A DNA stretch of 64,000 nucleotides from positions 886,792 through 950,791 of the forward strand of contig CAWEIK010000001.1 of assembly GCA_963809175.1 (NCBI GenBank), read 5' to 3'. The translations under genes and the position numbers were made by a program. The notes beneath the pieces were generated by a model, which had not been told where the DNA came from, made no database searches, and saw only the letters and a program-made list of their open reading frames with translations. How positions within the stretch are numbered: position 1 is the first letter of the stretch; each line of letters begins with the position of its first letter. This DNA comes from an uncultured Actinomycetes bacterium. GTDB lineage: Bacteria; Actinomycetota; Thermoleophilia; Gaiellales; Gaiellaceae. Shown one piece after another: positions 37,927-47,729 of this stretch.

Positions 37927-38001
37927 GTGAACGACCTCGGTCGTGCCTTCCTCGGGATCAAGCTCATCGATCTCGTCGTCGGCGGACTGGGGCTCGTCTG
38001 A
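37927..38001 (+). pseudogene. kdpB: remnant of the 3-prime end of kdpB (last about 24 codons only)
   Basis: The frame ending at TGA 37999-38001 reads [24 protein letters not shown]. GIKxIDL near the C-terminus is characteristic of KdpB. The stop overlaps the kdpC ATG (TGATG). greA ends only 26 nt upstream, so the rest of kdpB, kdpA and kdpF are absent. Confidence 0.5.
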
Positions 38002-38562
38002 TGCGCCGCCAACTCGTTCCCGCCCTGGTCGCCTTCCTGGCGCTGACGCTCCTCACGGGCGTGCTCTATCCGTTGGCGGTGACGGGCGTCGCCCAACTCG
38101 CGTTTCCGAGTCGCGCCGACGGATCGCTGATCGAGCGTGACGGCCGCGTCGTCGGATCGAGCCTGATCGGGCAGTCAGTTCGCCGGCGCGCGCTACTTCC
38201 AGCCCCGGCCGTCGGCGGCCGGCGACGGTTACGACGCGATGGCGAGCGCGGCGTCGAACCTCGGGCCCACGAACCCGGATCTGCTCGAGGCCGTCGAGGA
38301 GCGTCGAGCGGCCTATCGCCAGGACAACGACGCGGACGCGCCGATCGACGCTCTCACGGGCTCGGGCTCGGGCCTCGATCCCCACATCTCGCCCGAGAAC
38401 GCCGAGCTCCAAGCGCCGCGCGTGGCGCGAGCACGGAACGTCGCCCTGGTCGAGGTGCTGCGGCTGATCGAGGCTCACACGGAGGGACGTTCCCTCGGGT
38501 TCCTCGGCGAACCGGCCGTCAACGTCCTGGAGCTCAACCTCGCGCTCGACGAACGGGCGTAG
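38001..38562 (+). pseudogene. kdpC: potassium-transporting ATPase subunit C, one frameshift
   Basis: [35 protein letters not shown] in frame 0, then [33 protein letters not shown] in frame 1. Junction 38171-38180. 562 nt minus 1 gives 187 codons. Confidence 0.8.
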
Positions 38563-38571
38563 CCTTCGGGC

Positions 38572-41058
38572 ATGGCGCGCGGGACCCTGCGCATCTATCT
38601 CGGCGCCGCCCCCGGTGTCGGCAAGACCTTCGCGATGCTCAACGAGGGTCGACGCCGTCGCGGGCGCGGCACCGATGTCGTCGTCGGCTTCGTCGAGACG
38701 CACGACCGCAAGCTGACGGCCGAGCAGCTCGGCGACCTCGAGGTCGTTCCTCGCAAGCGGGTCGAGTACCGCGACGCAACGTTCGAGGAGCTGGACGTCG
38801 ACGCCGTCCTGGCTCGGAACCCGGAGGTCGCGCTGGTCGACGAGCTGGCCCACACCAACGTCCCCGGCCTCCGAAACGAGAAGCGCTGGCAGGACGTCGA
38901 AGAGCTGCTCGAGGCCGGGATCACGGTCATCTCGACCGTCAACGTGCAGCATCTCGAGTCGCTGAACGACGTCGTCGAGCAGATCACGGGGATCAAGCAG
39001 CGCGAGACGATCCCCGACGCAGTCGTCAGAGGCGCCGATCAGGTCGAGCTCGTCGACATGAGCCCCGAGGCGATCCGACGGCGGATGGCCCACGGCAACA
39101 TCTATCCCGCGGAGCGCATCGACGCTGCCCTCGGCAACTACTTCCGTCCCGGGAACCTCGGCGCGCTGCGCGAGCTCGCGCTCCTCTGGCTCGCCGATCG
39201 CGTGGACGAGGCGCTGGCCGAGTACCGCGGGCGACAGGGCATCGATCGCCCGTGGGAGACGCGCGAACGTGTGCTCGTCGCGCTGACCGGGGCTTCGGAC
39301 GGGGAGCGACTCGTTCGGCGCGCGGCGCGCATGGCCGCGCGGATCAAGGGCGAGCTGGTCGCCGTGCACGTGCTGAGTCAGGACGGCCTCGCGGCGCCTT
39401 CGGCCGAACTGCTGGCGAAGCAACGCGAGCTGGTCGAGACGCTCGGTGGCAGCTACCGCGAGGTCGCCGGCGCCGACATCGGCGAAGCGCTCCTCAACAC
39501 CGCCCGCACGCTCAACGCGACGCAGATCGTGCTCGGTGCGACCCGGCGGTCACGCTGGCGCGAGTTCGTTCAGGGCTCGGTGATCAACTACGTCATCCGC
39601 AACTCGGGCATCGGGATCGACGTGCACGTGATCAGTCAGGTCCCGGAGTCAGACGGAGCCGTCGCTTCCGAGTCGACGTCGACCGAGCGCTCTCGCCGCG
39701 CCGGCGAGTCGCGCTCGGCTTCGCCCTCGGCGTGGTGGCCGCGCCGCTTCTGACCTGGGTGCTCTCACACCTCCGAGACCACGTGTCGCTCCCCAGCGTT
39801 CTCCTGCTCTTCCTGCTCCTCGTCGTCGCCGTCGCCGCCGTCGGCGGTGTCTGGCCGGCGCTTGCCGTCGCCGTCGGGGGCTTCCTGCTCGTCAACTGGT
39901 ACTTCACGCCGCCGCTCTACACGTTCACGATCGCCGAGGGCGAGAACCTGCTCGCGCTGGTCGTGTTCGTCACCGTCGCCGCCGTCGTCAGCTCCTTCGT
40001 CGCGCTCACCGCGCGCCGTGCCGCCGAGGGTCTCCGCGCCCGCGCCGAGGCGGAGACCCTCGGTCGCCTTGCGGGCTACTCGTCCGTGGAGTCGCTGCTC
40101 GAGGGGATCCGGCGCGCGTTCGGCTTCGAGGGCGCCGCAGTCTTCCACCGCGACGGCGCGAGCTGGCTGGTCGAGGCTTCGAGCGGCCAGGCGCCACCCA
40201 GCCCGGATGCGGCGACCGAGACGTTCGAGGTCGGCCGGGAGCACGTGCTCGCGGTCCAAGGCGGTGGGCAGCTCGCCGCGGCGGATCGAGGCATCCTCAA
40301 TGCGTATGCGACAGAGCTCGCGGCGTCGATCGAGCACGAGGAGCTCGAGGCCGAAGCTTCGTCCGCGGGTGCGCTCGCCGCTGCCAACGAGCTTCGCACC
40401 TCGATCCTCTCGGCGGTCTCGCACGACCTGCGAACGCCACTCGCCGCGACCAAGGCATCGGTTTCGAGCCTTCGGCAGCGAGACGTCGACTGGACCGCGG
40501 AAGAGCGCGAGGAGTTCCTGGCCACGATCGAGGAGGAGACGGACCGCCTCAACGACATCGTCGGCAACCTGCTCGACATGAGTCGGCTGCAGACGGGCTC
40601 GCTCGAGATGCAGCGCGAGCCGGTGAGCCTCGAAGAGGTGTTGCCCGCGGCGCTGCGGAACGTCGGGCCGCGAGGGCGGGACATCCAGCTCGAGCTGCCG
40701 AGACCCGTCGCCCGAGGTTCTCGCCGATGCCGGGTTGCTCGAGCGGGCTCTCGCCAACGTGATCGCGAACGCGACCGCGTACTCGCCCCCTGACGCGCCG
40801 CCGCGCATCGTCGCCGGCGCGGTCGACGGGAAGGTCGACATCCGCGTCGTCGATCGCGGCCCCGGTGTCCCGCCCGCCGATCGTGAGCGCATGTTCCTCC
40901 CGTTTCAGCGGCTGGGCGACGCAGGCACACGCGACGGCATCGGGCTCGGGCTCGCGGTGGCGCGCGGCTTCGTCGAGGCGATGGGCGGCACGATCGAAGT
41001 CGACGACACTCCCGGCGGCGGCGTCACCGTCGTGCTGCGGCTGGAAGCCGTCACGTGA
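38572..41058 (+). pseudogene. kdpD: sensor histidine kinase KdpD, two frameshifts
   Basis: N-terminal KdpD domain ([18 protein letters not shown]) plus Usp domain in frame 1. TM region and HisKA ([11 protein letters not shown]) in frame 0, after a one-base loss near 39685-39695. HATPase ([29 protein letters not shown]) in frame 1 after an extra base near 40701. 2487 nt gives 829 codons net. Confidence 0.8.
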
Positions 41059-41459
41059 CTCGGATCCTCGTCGTCGACGACGAGCCGCAGATTCGCCGCG
41101 CCCTCGAACACGAACCTCCGCGCCCGCGGTTTCGACGTCGAGCTGGCGTCGACCGGCGAAGAGGCGCTGGACCTGGCCGCGCGGACGCATCCGGACGTCG
41201 TCGTCCTCGATCTCGGCCTGCCGGGGATCGACGGCATCGAGGTGATTCGCGGCCTGCGCGGTTGGAGCCGTGTGCCGATCATCGTGCTGTCGGTGAAGGA
41301 CCGCGAGGCGGACAAGGTCGGCGCCCTCGACGCAGGCGCCGACGACTACGTCACCAAGCCGTTCGGCATGGACGAGCTGCTCGCGCGGCTTCGGGCAACG
41401 GTGCGTCGGACCACGCCCGCAGAGGAGGAGGCGGTCGTCGAGACCGGCGACTTCACGGT
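41055..41459 (+). pseudogene. kdpE: response regulator KdpE, receiver domain only (frameshifted and 3-prime truncated)
   Basis: GTG 41055 overlaps the kdpD stop (GTGA). MTRILVVDDEPQIRRAL is followed by a frame change near 41106-41110, then TNLRARGFDVELASTGEEALDLAARTHPDVVVLDLGLPGIDG..DDYVTKPFGMDELLARLRA..ETGDFTV. Homology stops at 41459, exactly where the convergent ABC ATPase gene ends. No winged-helix domain is present. Confidence 0.7.
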
Positions 41460-42151
41460 GACCCGAGCGGTCCGTCCGCGGCGACGTGCCCGTCCCGCAG
41501 GAGCAGACCCCGGTTGCAGATCCGCGCGAGCAGCGAGTGGTCGTGCCCGGTCGCGACGACGACCCCGCCGCGGCTCAGCAGTCCCCGCGTGAACTCCTCG
41601 ACGACTCGGCGGAACGTGTGGTCGAGCGCCTCGTGCACCTCGTCGAGCAGCAGCACGTCCGGATCGGCGCGCACCGTGACCGCGAATCCCAGTCGGGCGC
41701 GCATTCCCTGCGAGTAGCTCGACACGGGATGATCGAAGGCGTCCTCGAGGCTTGCGAGCTCCCGGATCTCGTCCAGCGAGCGCCTCGCGTCCCGGCGGGT
41801 CATCCCGTCCAGCACGCCGAGCAGCATCGCGTTCTCGCGCCCCGTGAGCTCGGACGTGAGCCCGGCCTCGACCGAGAGCAGCGATGCAATCCGCCCCTTC
41901 ACCTCGACGCGGCCGGCGTCCGCGGGCAGGATGCCGGCGATCAGCCGGAGGAGCGTCGTCTTCCCGGAGCCGCTCGCACCGACCAGCGCGACACCTTCCC
42001 CCGGCGTCACGGAGACCGTCACGCCGCGCAGGCCCCAGGACTCGTCACCGGGCCGGCGCAGCCGGGCGAGCAGCGGCGAGACCACCCGGTTCTGCCGGTC
42101 GAACTGGAACCGAACGCCGACTCCGGACGTCGTGACGGAGGCGGCGCTCAT
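41453..42151 (-). CDS. polysaccharide/teichoic-acid type ABC exporter ATP-binding protein (Wzt/TagH-like)
   Basis: ATG 42151 overlaps the permease stop (ATGA). Walker A GASGSGKTTLL, signature YSQGMRARL, Walker B LLLDEV. 232 aa. Confidence 0.8.
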   Translation of the reverse strand: MSAASVTTSGVGVRFQFDRQNRVVSPLLARLRRPGDESWGLRGVTVSVTPGEGVALVGASGSGKTTLLRLIAGILPADAGRVEVKGRIASLLSVEAGLTSELTGRENAMLLGVLDGMTRRDARRSLDEIRELASLEDAFDHPVSSYSQGMRARLGFAVTVRADPDVLLLDEVHEALDHTFRRVVEEFTRGLLSRGGVVVATGHDHSLLARICNRGLLLRDGHVAADGPLGSP

Positions 42152-42933
42152 ACGACCTTCGCGAAGTGCTTCGCTTCGAGTCGGTAGATCGGCAGGAACG
42201 CTGCGAGGAGCAGGAGTGCGACCGCGGTGGGGTAGAGCAACTCCCACGCCGCCGGGCGATGGCCGTCCAGGAGCACGGCCCGGTACGCCTCGAAGAGCCC
42301 GGTCAGCGGATTCAGCCGGAGCAGCTCGTACGCCTCTCCGCCGACGGCCGCGAGCGGAACGAGGCCTGGTGCGAGGAAGAACAGCGCTCGAACGAAGCTG
42401 ATCATGAACGGGCGCAGCTCGCGAAACCACAGGCCGACGAGCGAAGCCGTGTACGCGAACGCGATCGCCAGCAGGAGGTTCACCACGAGCACCACCGGGA
42501 GCCAGAGAACGGCAGCCGTCGGCGCGACGTCGTAGACGATCATCATCAGCGCCGGGAGGCTGAGGCTCGCGGTGAAGGCGACGGCCTCCGTCAACGAGCC
42601 CGAGAGCGGGATGAGGGTCCCCGGAAACGCCGTGTTGAGGACGATCGAGCGGCGCAGCCGAACGGCGTTTATGCCGTTCGTGACCGACATCATCACGAGC
42701 TGAAACGGGATCACCGCGCAGGCGAGGCTGAGCCCGGGAGCTTCGCCCGGGCGTTCGAGGACGAAGGTCACGAGCAGGAGGTACACGCCGACCAGCGCGA
42801 ACGGGTCGAGCAGCCACTTGAGGAGCCGAAACCGTCCGCGGCCGTACCGGGCGCGAAGGTCCGACGCGACGAGCGCGGCCAGGACCTCCCAGCCGCGGTG
42901 CGCGCCGCGTAGCCGTTCAGTCAGCGACGGCAA
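42148..42933 (-). CDS. ABC-2 type polysaccharide export permease (Wzm/TagG-like)
   Basis: 261-aa multi-TM ORF with TTG start. Confidence 0.75.
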   Translation of the reverse strand: MPSLTERLRGAHRGWEVLAALVASDLRARYGRGRFRLLKWLLDPFALVGVYLLLVTFVLERPGEAPGLSLACAVIPFQLVMMSVTNGINAVRLRRSIVLNTAFPGTLIPLSGSLTEAVAFTASLSLPALMMIVYDVAPTAAVLWLPVVLVVNLLLAIAFAYTASLVGLWFRELRPFMISFVRALFFLAPGLVPLAAVGGEAYELLRLNPLTGLFEAYRAVLLDGHRPAAWELLYPTAVALLLLAAFLPIYRLEAKHFAKVV

Positions 42934-43090
42934 GCCGATGCTGGTTCAGGTGCTCTCTCGCGAGGACGACGTGGTGGAAGGGGAGTCTATGGACGCCCTC
43001 CGACGAGCCCTGATCCCTCGGAAACGGGGTAGCGCGAGCCGAAAACCTCGCCTACGTTGAGCAGGTCGGCCTGCGGCCCCGGCGCCTCCG

Positions 43091-46000
43091 ATGACCGCTG
43101 CCAGCCGAACGCCACTCATCCTCGTCGTCGCCGTCCTGGCGCTCGGCGCGTCGGGTGCTGCCCTGCCGGCCTCCGCGAAGAGCCCGAAGGCGAAGGCCGT
43201 CCCCGGCGAGTTGATCGTCGGGTTCGAGCCAGGCGTCTCCGACGCCGAGCGCCGTCAGCTGCTGCGCCGGATCGGCGGCGGTGAGAAGCGCCGGTTCAGC
43301 CGGATCCGCGGCGCGCTCGTCACGGTGTCGCCGAGCCGCAGGGACGCCGTCCTCGCCGAGCTCCGCGCCGACCCGCTCGTCCGCTACGTGGAGCCGAACT
43401 ACGTGCTCGAGACGGCAGCCGTCCCCGACGATCCGCACTACAGCCGTCTCTGGGGCTTGAACAACACCGGCCAGGTCGTCAACGGCTGGCCCGGGACTCC
43501 CGACGCCGACGCCGACGTCGACGCAGCGTGGTCGGTCACGACGGGAGACCCCGGCGTGGTCGTGGCAGTGATCGACACCGGCGTCGACCAGTCGCATCCC
43601 GACCTCGCTGCGAACACGTGGGTCAACGCCGGAGAGAACTGCGCGGGCTGTCGCACCGACCACGTCGACAACGACGGCAACGGGTACGTCGACGACTGGC
43701 GCGGGTGGGACTTCGTCGGCGGCGACAACAACCCCGCAGACGACCACGGCCACGGCACGCACGTCGCCGGCACGATCGGCGCGGTCGGCAACAACGGCGC
43801 GGGCATCGTCGGCGTCAACTGGAACGTTCGGTTGATGGGGCTGAAGTTCCTCGGCAGCGACGGATCCGGCACGACGGCGGATGCCGTCAGCGCGATCCTG
43901 TACGCCGCAGCGAACGGCGCCGACGTCCTCAACAACTCGTGGGCCGGCGGCGACTTCTCGCAGAGCCTGCTCGAGGCGATCGAGTTCGCGGACGCACGCG
44001 ACGCGCTCTTCGTCGCGGCCGCGGGGAACGACGGCATGGACAACGACGCCGTCCCGACGTACCCGGCGTCCTACGAGGTTCCGAACGTCCTCGCAGTCGC
44101 CGCGAGCGACAACGGCGACCGCCACGCCTTCTTCTCGAACTTCGGAAAACGCTCCGTCGACGTGAGCGCGCCGGGGGTCGACATCTACTCGACCTGGCCC
44201 GGCGGCTCGTACCAGTACGCGAGCGGCACCTCGATGGCGGCGCCTCACGTCGCCGGCGTCGCGGCCCTCGTCGAAGCCGCACAGCCTGCCGCGAGCGACG
44301 TCGGCGTGAAGACGCTCCTCTTGCGGACGGCCGACCCCGTCGCGGCGCTCGAGCCGGCCAGCGCGACCGGTGGACGCCTGAACGCAGGCTCCGCAGTGGC
44401 TTGCGCCGGCAGGCCGTTGCTCTGGGTCGACGCCCCGTCACCGGGCTTCGCGCTCGAGACGGGAGAGCAGCTGGCGATCAGCTTGTCGGCCTCCGCGTGC
44501 GCCGACCCCGCCGGGGCGCACGTCTCCGCGAACGTCAACGGCCAACCGGTGACGCTGCTCGCACGCGGTGACGGGCACTACACCGGCACGTACACGCCGA
44601 CCGCTCCCGGAAGCCTCGAGCTGTCGGTGACCGCGACGGCAGGGAGCGCGACCGACACGCGCAGCGTCGTGGGCTCCGTCCGGCAGGTCTTTCCGATCGT
44701 GCCCGGCGGCGCGCCGGTGACCGTGACCACCACGGCGCCCGGCCAGGACGCGCAGCTCGAGTTCGAGGGCGAGGCCGGAGACCGGGTCAGCCTGCAGCTC
44801 CGCGACGTGACGCTCGCGCAGTCGACCGTGACCATGTACGCGCCCGATGGAACGAGGTTCGGCGCCACGGCCTTCGTCGGCACGTCGGGGCTGTTCGTCG
44901 ACGCGAAGACGCTGCCGGAGAGCGGCACCTACTCGATCCTCGTCGACCCCTATGGGGACGCGGTCGGGGCGATGACGCTCGAGCTGTACGACGTGCCGGC
45001 CGACGCCACGGCCACGATCGCACCCGGCGGATCGCCGGTCAGCCTCGCCACGACGGTTCCGGGACAGAACGCCCGCGCCACGTTCAGCGCTCCGGCGGGG
45101 TCGCGCGTCAGCGTGCGTCTCTCGGGGGTGACGATCAAGACCGCCAACGTCGCGCTGATGAAGGGGAGCACGAGCCTGACGAGCGCGATCGTCGGGACCT
45201 CCGGCGGCTTCCTCGACGTCCAGGCTCTCGCGAGCGGCGGGGAGTACGCGCTCGTGGTCAACCCGCAGACGTCGTACACCGGCGCGATCACGCTGACGCT
45301 GTACGACGTGCCGGCCGACCTCGGGGGATCGATCGCGCCGGACGGGTCCGCAGCGACTGTCGCGCTGAACGTGCCCGGGCAGAACGCGAGGCTCGGGTTC
45401 GACGGCCTGGCGGGAGACCGCTTCGTCGTGAAGGTCGGAACCGGGTTCCCCGGCAGCGCGTACGTGTCGATCGTCGGCCCGACGGGAACGGTCGGCGGCC
45501 GGACGCTCGTGAGCTCGAGCGGCGGGCTGCTCGACCTCAGGACGCTCGAGGCGAGCGGCCGCCACGAGCTGCTCGTCGACCCGCAAGGAGCCGCAACGGG
45601 CTCGCTGACGGTCAACCTCTACGCCGTTCCACCCGATCCCTCCCTGGCGATCGTCGCGGGCGGCGCACCCGTGACGGTCACCACGACCGCGCCCGGGCAG
45701 AACGCGCGCGTGACGTTCGAGGGGACCGCGGGCCGGCTGATCAGCCTGCAGCTCTCGAGCGTGTCCTACGCGAGTGCCTACGTGTCGGTGCTCGCGCCCG
45801 ACGGCTCGGTGTTCGTCAAGAACGTGCTCGTCGGCACCGGTGGAGCCTTCGTCGACGCGAAGCTCCTGCCCTCGAGCGGGACGTACGCGATCGTCGTCGA
45901 CCCGACCGCCGCCAACACCGGCTCGATGACCCTCGCGCTGCACGACGTGCCTGCGGACGTCACCGGCGAGCTCGTCGCGGGCGCACCGGCGTTCACGGTC

Positions 46001-46267
46001 GCGATCACGACGCCCGGGCAGAACGCCCGCCTGACGTTCCAGGGCACCGCCGGCCGTCGTGTCTCGCTGACGCTGTCGGCGGTCTCGATCGCCTCGTCCC
46101 AGGTGACGATCCTGCGACCGAACGGCACGACGCTCGCAGCGGTGCTCGTCAGCCCGACCGGACGCTCGTTCACGCTCGACCTCAACGCGACCGGGACGTA
46201 CGTCGTGCTGCTCGACCCGCGGGTCGCGGCGACCGGCGGCATGACGTTCAGGCTCGCCGAGCTCTGA
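43091..46267 (+). CDS. secreted subtilisin-like (S8) serine protease with five C-terminal PPC-like repeats
   Basis: 1058-aa intact ORF. Signal peptide, inhibitor-I9-like propeptide, catalytic motifs VIDTGV (Asp), HGTHVAG (His) and GTSMAAPHVAG (Ser). Confidence 0.9.
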   Translation: MTAASRTPLILVVAVLALGASGAALPASAKSPKAKAVPGELIVGFEPGVSDAERRQLLRRIGGGEKRRFSRIRGALVTVSPSRRDAVLAELRADPLVRYVEPNYVLETAAVPDDPHYSRLWGLNNTGQVVNGWPGTPDADADVDAAWSVTTGDPGVVVAVIDTGVDQSHPDLAANTWVNAGENCAGCRTDHVDNDGNGYVDDWRGWDFVGGDNNPADDHGHGTHVAGTIGAVGNNGAGIVGVNWNVRLMGLKFLGSDGSGTTADAVSAILYAAANGADVLNNSWAGGDFSQSLLEAIEFADARDALFVAAAGNDGMDNDAVPTYPASYEVPNVLAVAASDNGDRHAFFSNFGKRSVDVSAPGVDIYSTWPGGSYQYASGTSMAAPHVAGVAALVEAAQPAASDVGVKTLLLRTADPVAALEPASATGGRLNAGSAVACAGRPLLWVDAPSPGFALETGEQLAISLSASACADPAGAHVSANVNGQPVTLLARGDGHYTGTYTPTAPGSLELSVTATAGSATDTRSVVGSVRQVFPIVPGGAPVTVTTTAPGQDAQLEFEGEAGDRVSLQLRDVTLAQSTVTMYAPDGTRFGATAFVGTSGLFVDAKTLPESGTYSILVDPYGDAVGAMTLELYDVPADATATIAPGGSPVSLATTVPGQNARATFSAPAGSRVSVRLSGVTIKTANVALMKGSTSLTSAIVGTSGGFLDVQALASGGEYALVVNPQTSYTGAITLTLYDVPADLGGSIAPDGSAATVALNVPGQNARLGFDGLAGDRFVVKVGTGFPGSAYVSIVGPTGTVGGRTLVSSSGGLLDLRTLEASGRHELLVDPQGAATGSLTVNLYAVPPDPSLAIVAGGAPVTVTTTAPGQNARVTFEGTAGRLISLQLSSVSYASAYVSVLAPDGSVFVKNVLVGTGGAFVDAKLLPSSGTYAIVVDPTAANTGSMTLALHDVPADVTGELVAGAPAFTVAITTPGQNARLTFQGTAGRRVSLTLSAVSIASSQVTILRPNGTTLAAVLVSPTGRSFTLDLNATGTYVVLLDPRVAATGGMTFRLAEL
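44687..46264 (+). repeat. five tandem coding repeats of about 105 aa inside the S8 protease
   Basis: Each unit contains ..PGG.PV......PGQNAR.TF.G.AG.R.S..L.......V.....G.........G.F.D...L..SG.Y...VDP.....G..TL.LYDVPAD. Confidence 0.85.
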
Positions 46268-46721
46268 GCTTCCGCGTCGCGTAGAGCTCCGCGAGCTCCG
46301 GCGTGAGGTACGGGATGCCGTCGACGACGACACCGATGTCGGCCACCGGCCTTCGCACTGCAGGATCGCGCCGGTAGACCCAGTCGTCGCCTTCGACGGC
46401 TTCGAGCTTGAAGTCGATGTGCCACGGGTCCCCGGATGTCGGGCGCGCCCACACCGCGTGCTCGGGTGGGCCGACCGGTCCGCCGGTCCACGGCCGTAGC
46501 GTTCCGTCGTACGCGATCTGGAGGTCCCAGCCGGCGAGGTAGTCGCGCAGCGCCTCGTGGTCGGGGCGCAGCACGGCGACGTCGATGTCCTTGTGCGGCT
46601 CTCGCCCTTCCCGATCGAGGGCCCAGCCACCGGCGATCCACCAGCCGATGGGCAGCCCCGAGAGCAGGCGCTGCACGTCGCGAGGCGACAGCTCGGCCCA
46701 CGGCTGTTCGACCACGCGCAC
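46248..46721 (-). CDS. nucleotidyltransferase resembling aminoglycoside 2''-nucleotidyltransferase (ANT(2'')) family
   Basis: In-frame GTG 46721. 157 aa. LPIGWWIAGGWALDREGREPHKDIDVAV resembles the ANT(2'')-Ia LPLWIGGGWAID..HDDIDL motif recalled from memory. The upstream part of the 392-aa track ORF is not protein-like. Confidence 0.6.
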   Translation of the reverse strand: MRVVEQPWAELSPRDVQRLLSGLPIGWWIAGGWALDREGREPHKDIDVAVLRPDHEALRDYLAGWDLQIAYDGTLRPWTGGPVGPPEHAVWARPTSGDPWHIDFKLEAVEGDDWVYRRDPAVRRPVADIGVVVDGIPYLTPELAELYATRKLRARRA

Positions 46722-46763
46722 CAGGCTAGTGGGAGGACAGACCCGTCGCCATAATGGGCCGCC

Positions 46764-47729
46764 GTGAGGGCGGTCGTCCACGACAGGTACGGCCCGCCGG
46801 AGGTGCTGCGGCTCGAAGACGTCGAGCGACCTGTGCCGAAGGACGACGAGGTGCTCGTCAAGATCCACGCGACCACCGTCAACCGGACGGACTGCGGCTT
46901 TCGCAGCGCCGAGTACTTCGTCAGCCGCGTCTACACCGGTCTGCTCCGGCCGAAGCGGAAGATTCTCGGCTCGGAGTTCGCCGGCGAGGTCGAAACGGTC
47001 GGCGCGGGAGTCACAGAGTTCAAGGTCGGCGACCCGGTCTTCGGCGTCAACGTGCCGAACTACGGCACGCACGCCGAGTTCGTCGCGGTGCGGGAGCGCG
47101 CTCCGATCGCAAGCCTGCCGGCCGGGCTGACGTTCGAGCAAGCGGCCTCGGTCTGCGACGGGGCGGTGCTGGCGCTCGGTTTGCTGCGGCGTGCGGGGCC
47201 GCTGCAAGGACGGCGGATCGTGGTCTACGGCGCCTCCGGGGCGATCGGCACGGCGGGTGTGCAGCTGGCCAAGCACCTCGGCGCGCACGTCACCGCCGTC
47301 TGCAGCACGAAGAACGTCGAGTTGGTGAGGTCGCTCGGCGCCGACGAGGTCATCGACTACACGCAGGACGACTTCACGAAGAACGGCGAGACGTACGACG
47401 TCATCGTCGACGCGGTCGGCAAGCACTCGTTCAGACGGTCACGGGACTCGTTGCGGCCCGGCGGGATCTTCCTGGTCACGGACGGGTTCGAGAACGTCCC
47501 GCTGGCCTTGTGGACGTGGAAGATCGGCGACAAGCGGGTCGTCTGGGACATCCCGCCCCGATACCGGAAGCAGGACGTCGTCTTCTTCAAGGAGCTCATC
47601 GAGGCGGGGGAATATCGCCCGGTCGTCGACCGCACGTATCCGTTGGAGCAGGTGGTCGAGGCGAGCAGGTACGTGGAAACGGGTCAGAAGACCGGCAACG
47701 TCGTCCTCACCGTCGGCCAGGCCGACTAG
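46764..47729 (+). CDS. NAD(P)-dependent medium-chain dehydrogenase/reductase (quinone oxidoreductase-like)
   Basis: 321-aa ORF with GASGAIGTAGVQLAK Rossmann motif. Confidence 0.8.
   Translation: MRAVVHDRYGPPEVLRLEDVERPVPKDDEVLVKIHATTVNRTDCGFRSAEYFVSRVYTGLLRPKRKILGSEFAGEVETVGAGVTEFKVGDPVFGVNVPNYGTHAEFVAVRERAPIASLPAGLTFEQAASVCDGAVLALGLLRRAGPLQGRRIVVYGASGAIGTAGVQLAKHLGAHVTAVCSTKNVELVRSLGADEVIDYTQDDFTKNGETYDVIVDAVGKHSFRRSRDSLRPGGIFLVTDGFENVPLALWTWKIGDKRVVWDIPPRYRKQDVVFFKELIEAGEYRPVVDRTYPLEQVVEASRYVETGQKTGNVVLTVGQAD

Noticed and set aside
37901-38000. A small kdpF-like ORF between greA and kdpC
   Set aside because: The only coherent frame here matches the C-terminal tail of KdpB rather than a hydrophobic KdpF-like peptide of about 29 aa. 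It has no start codon of its own.
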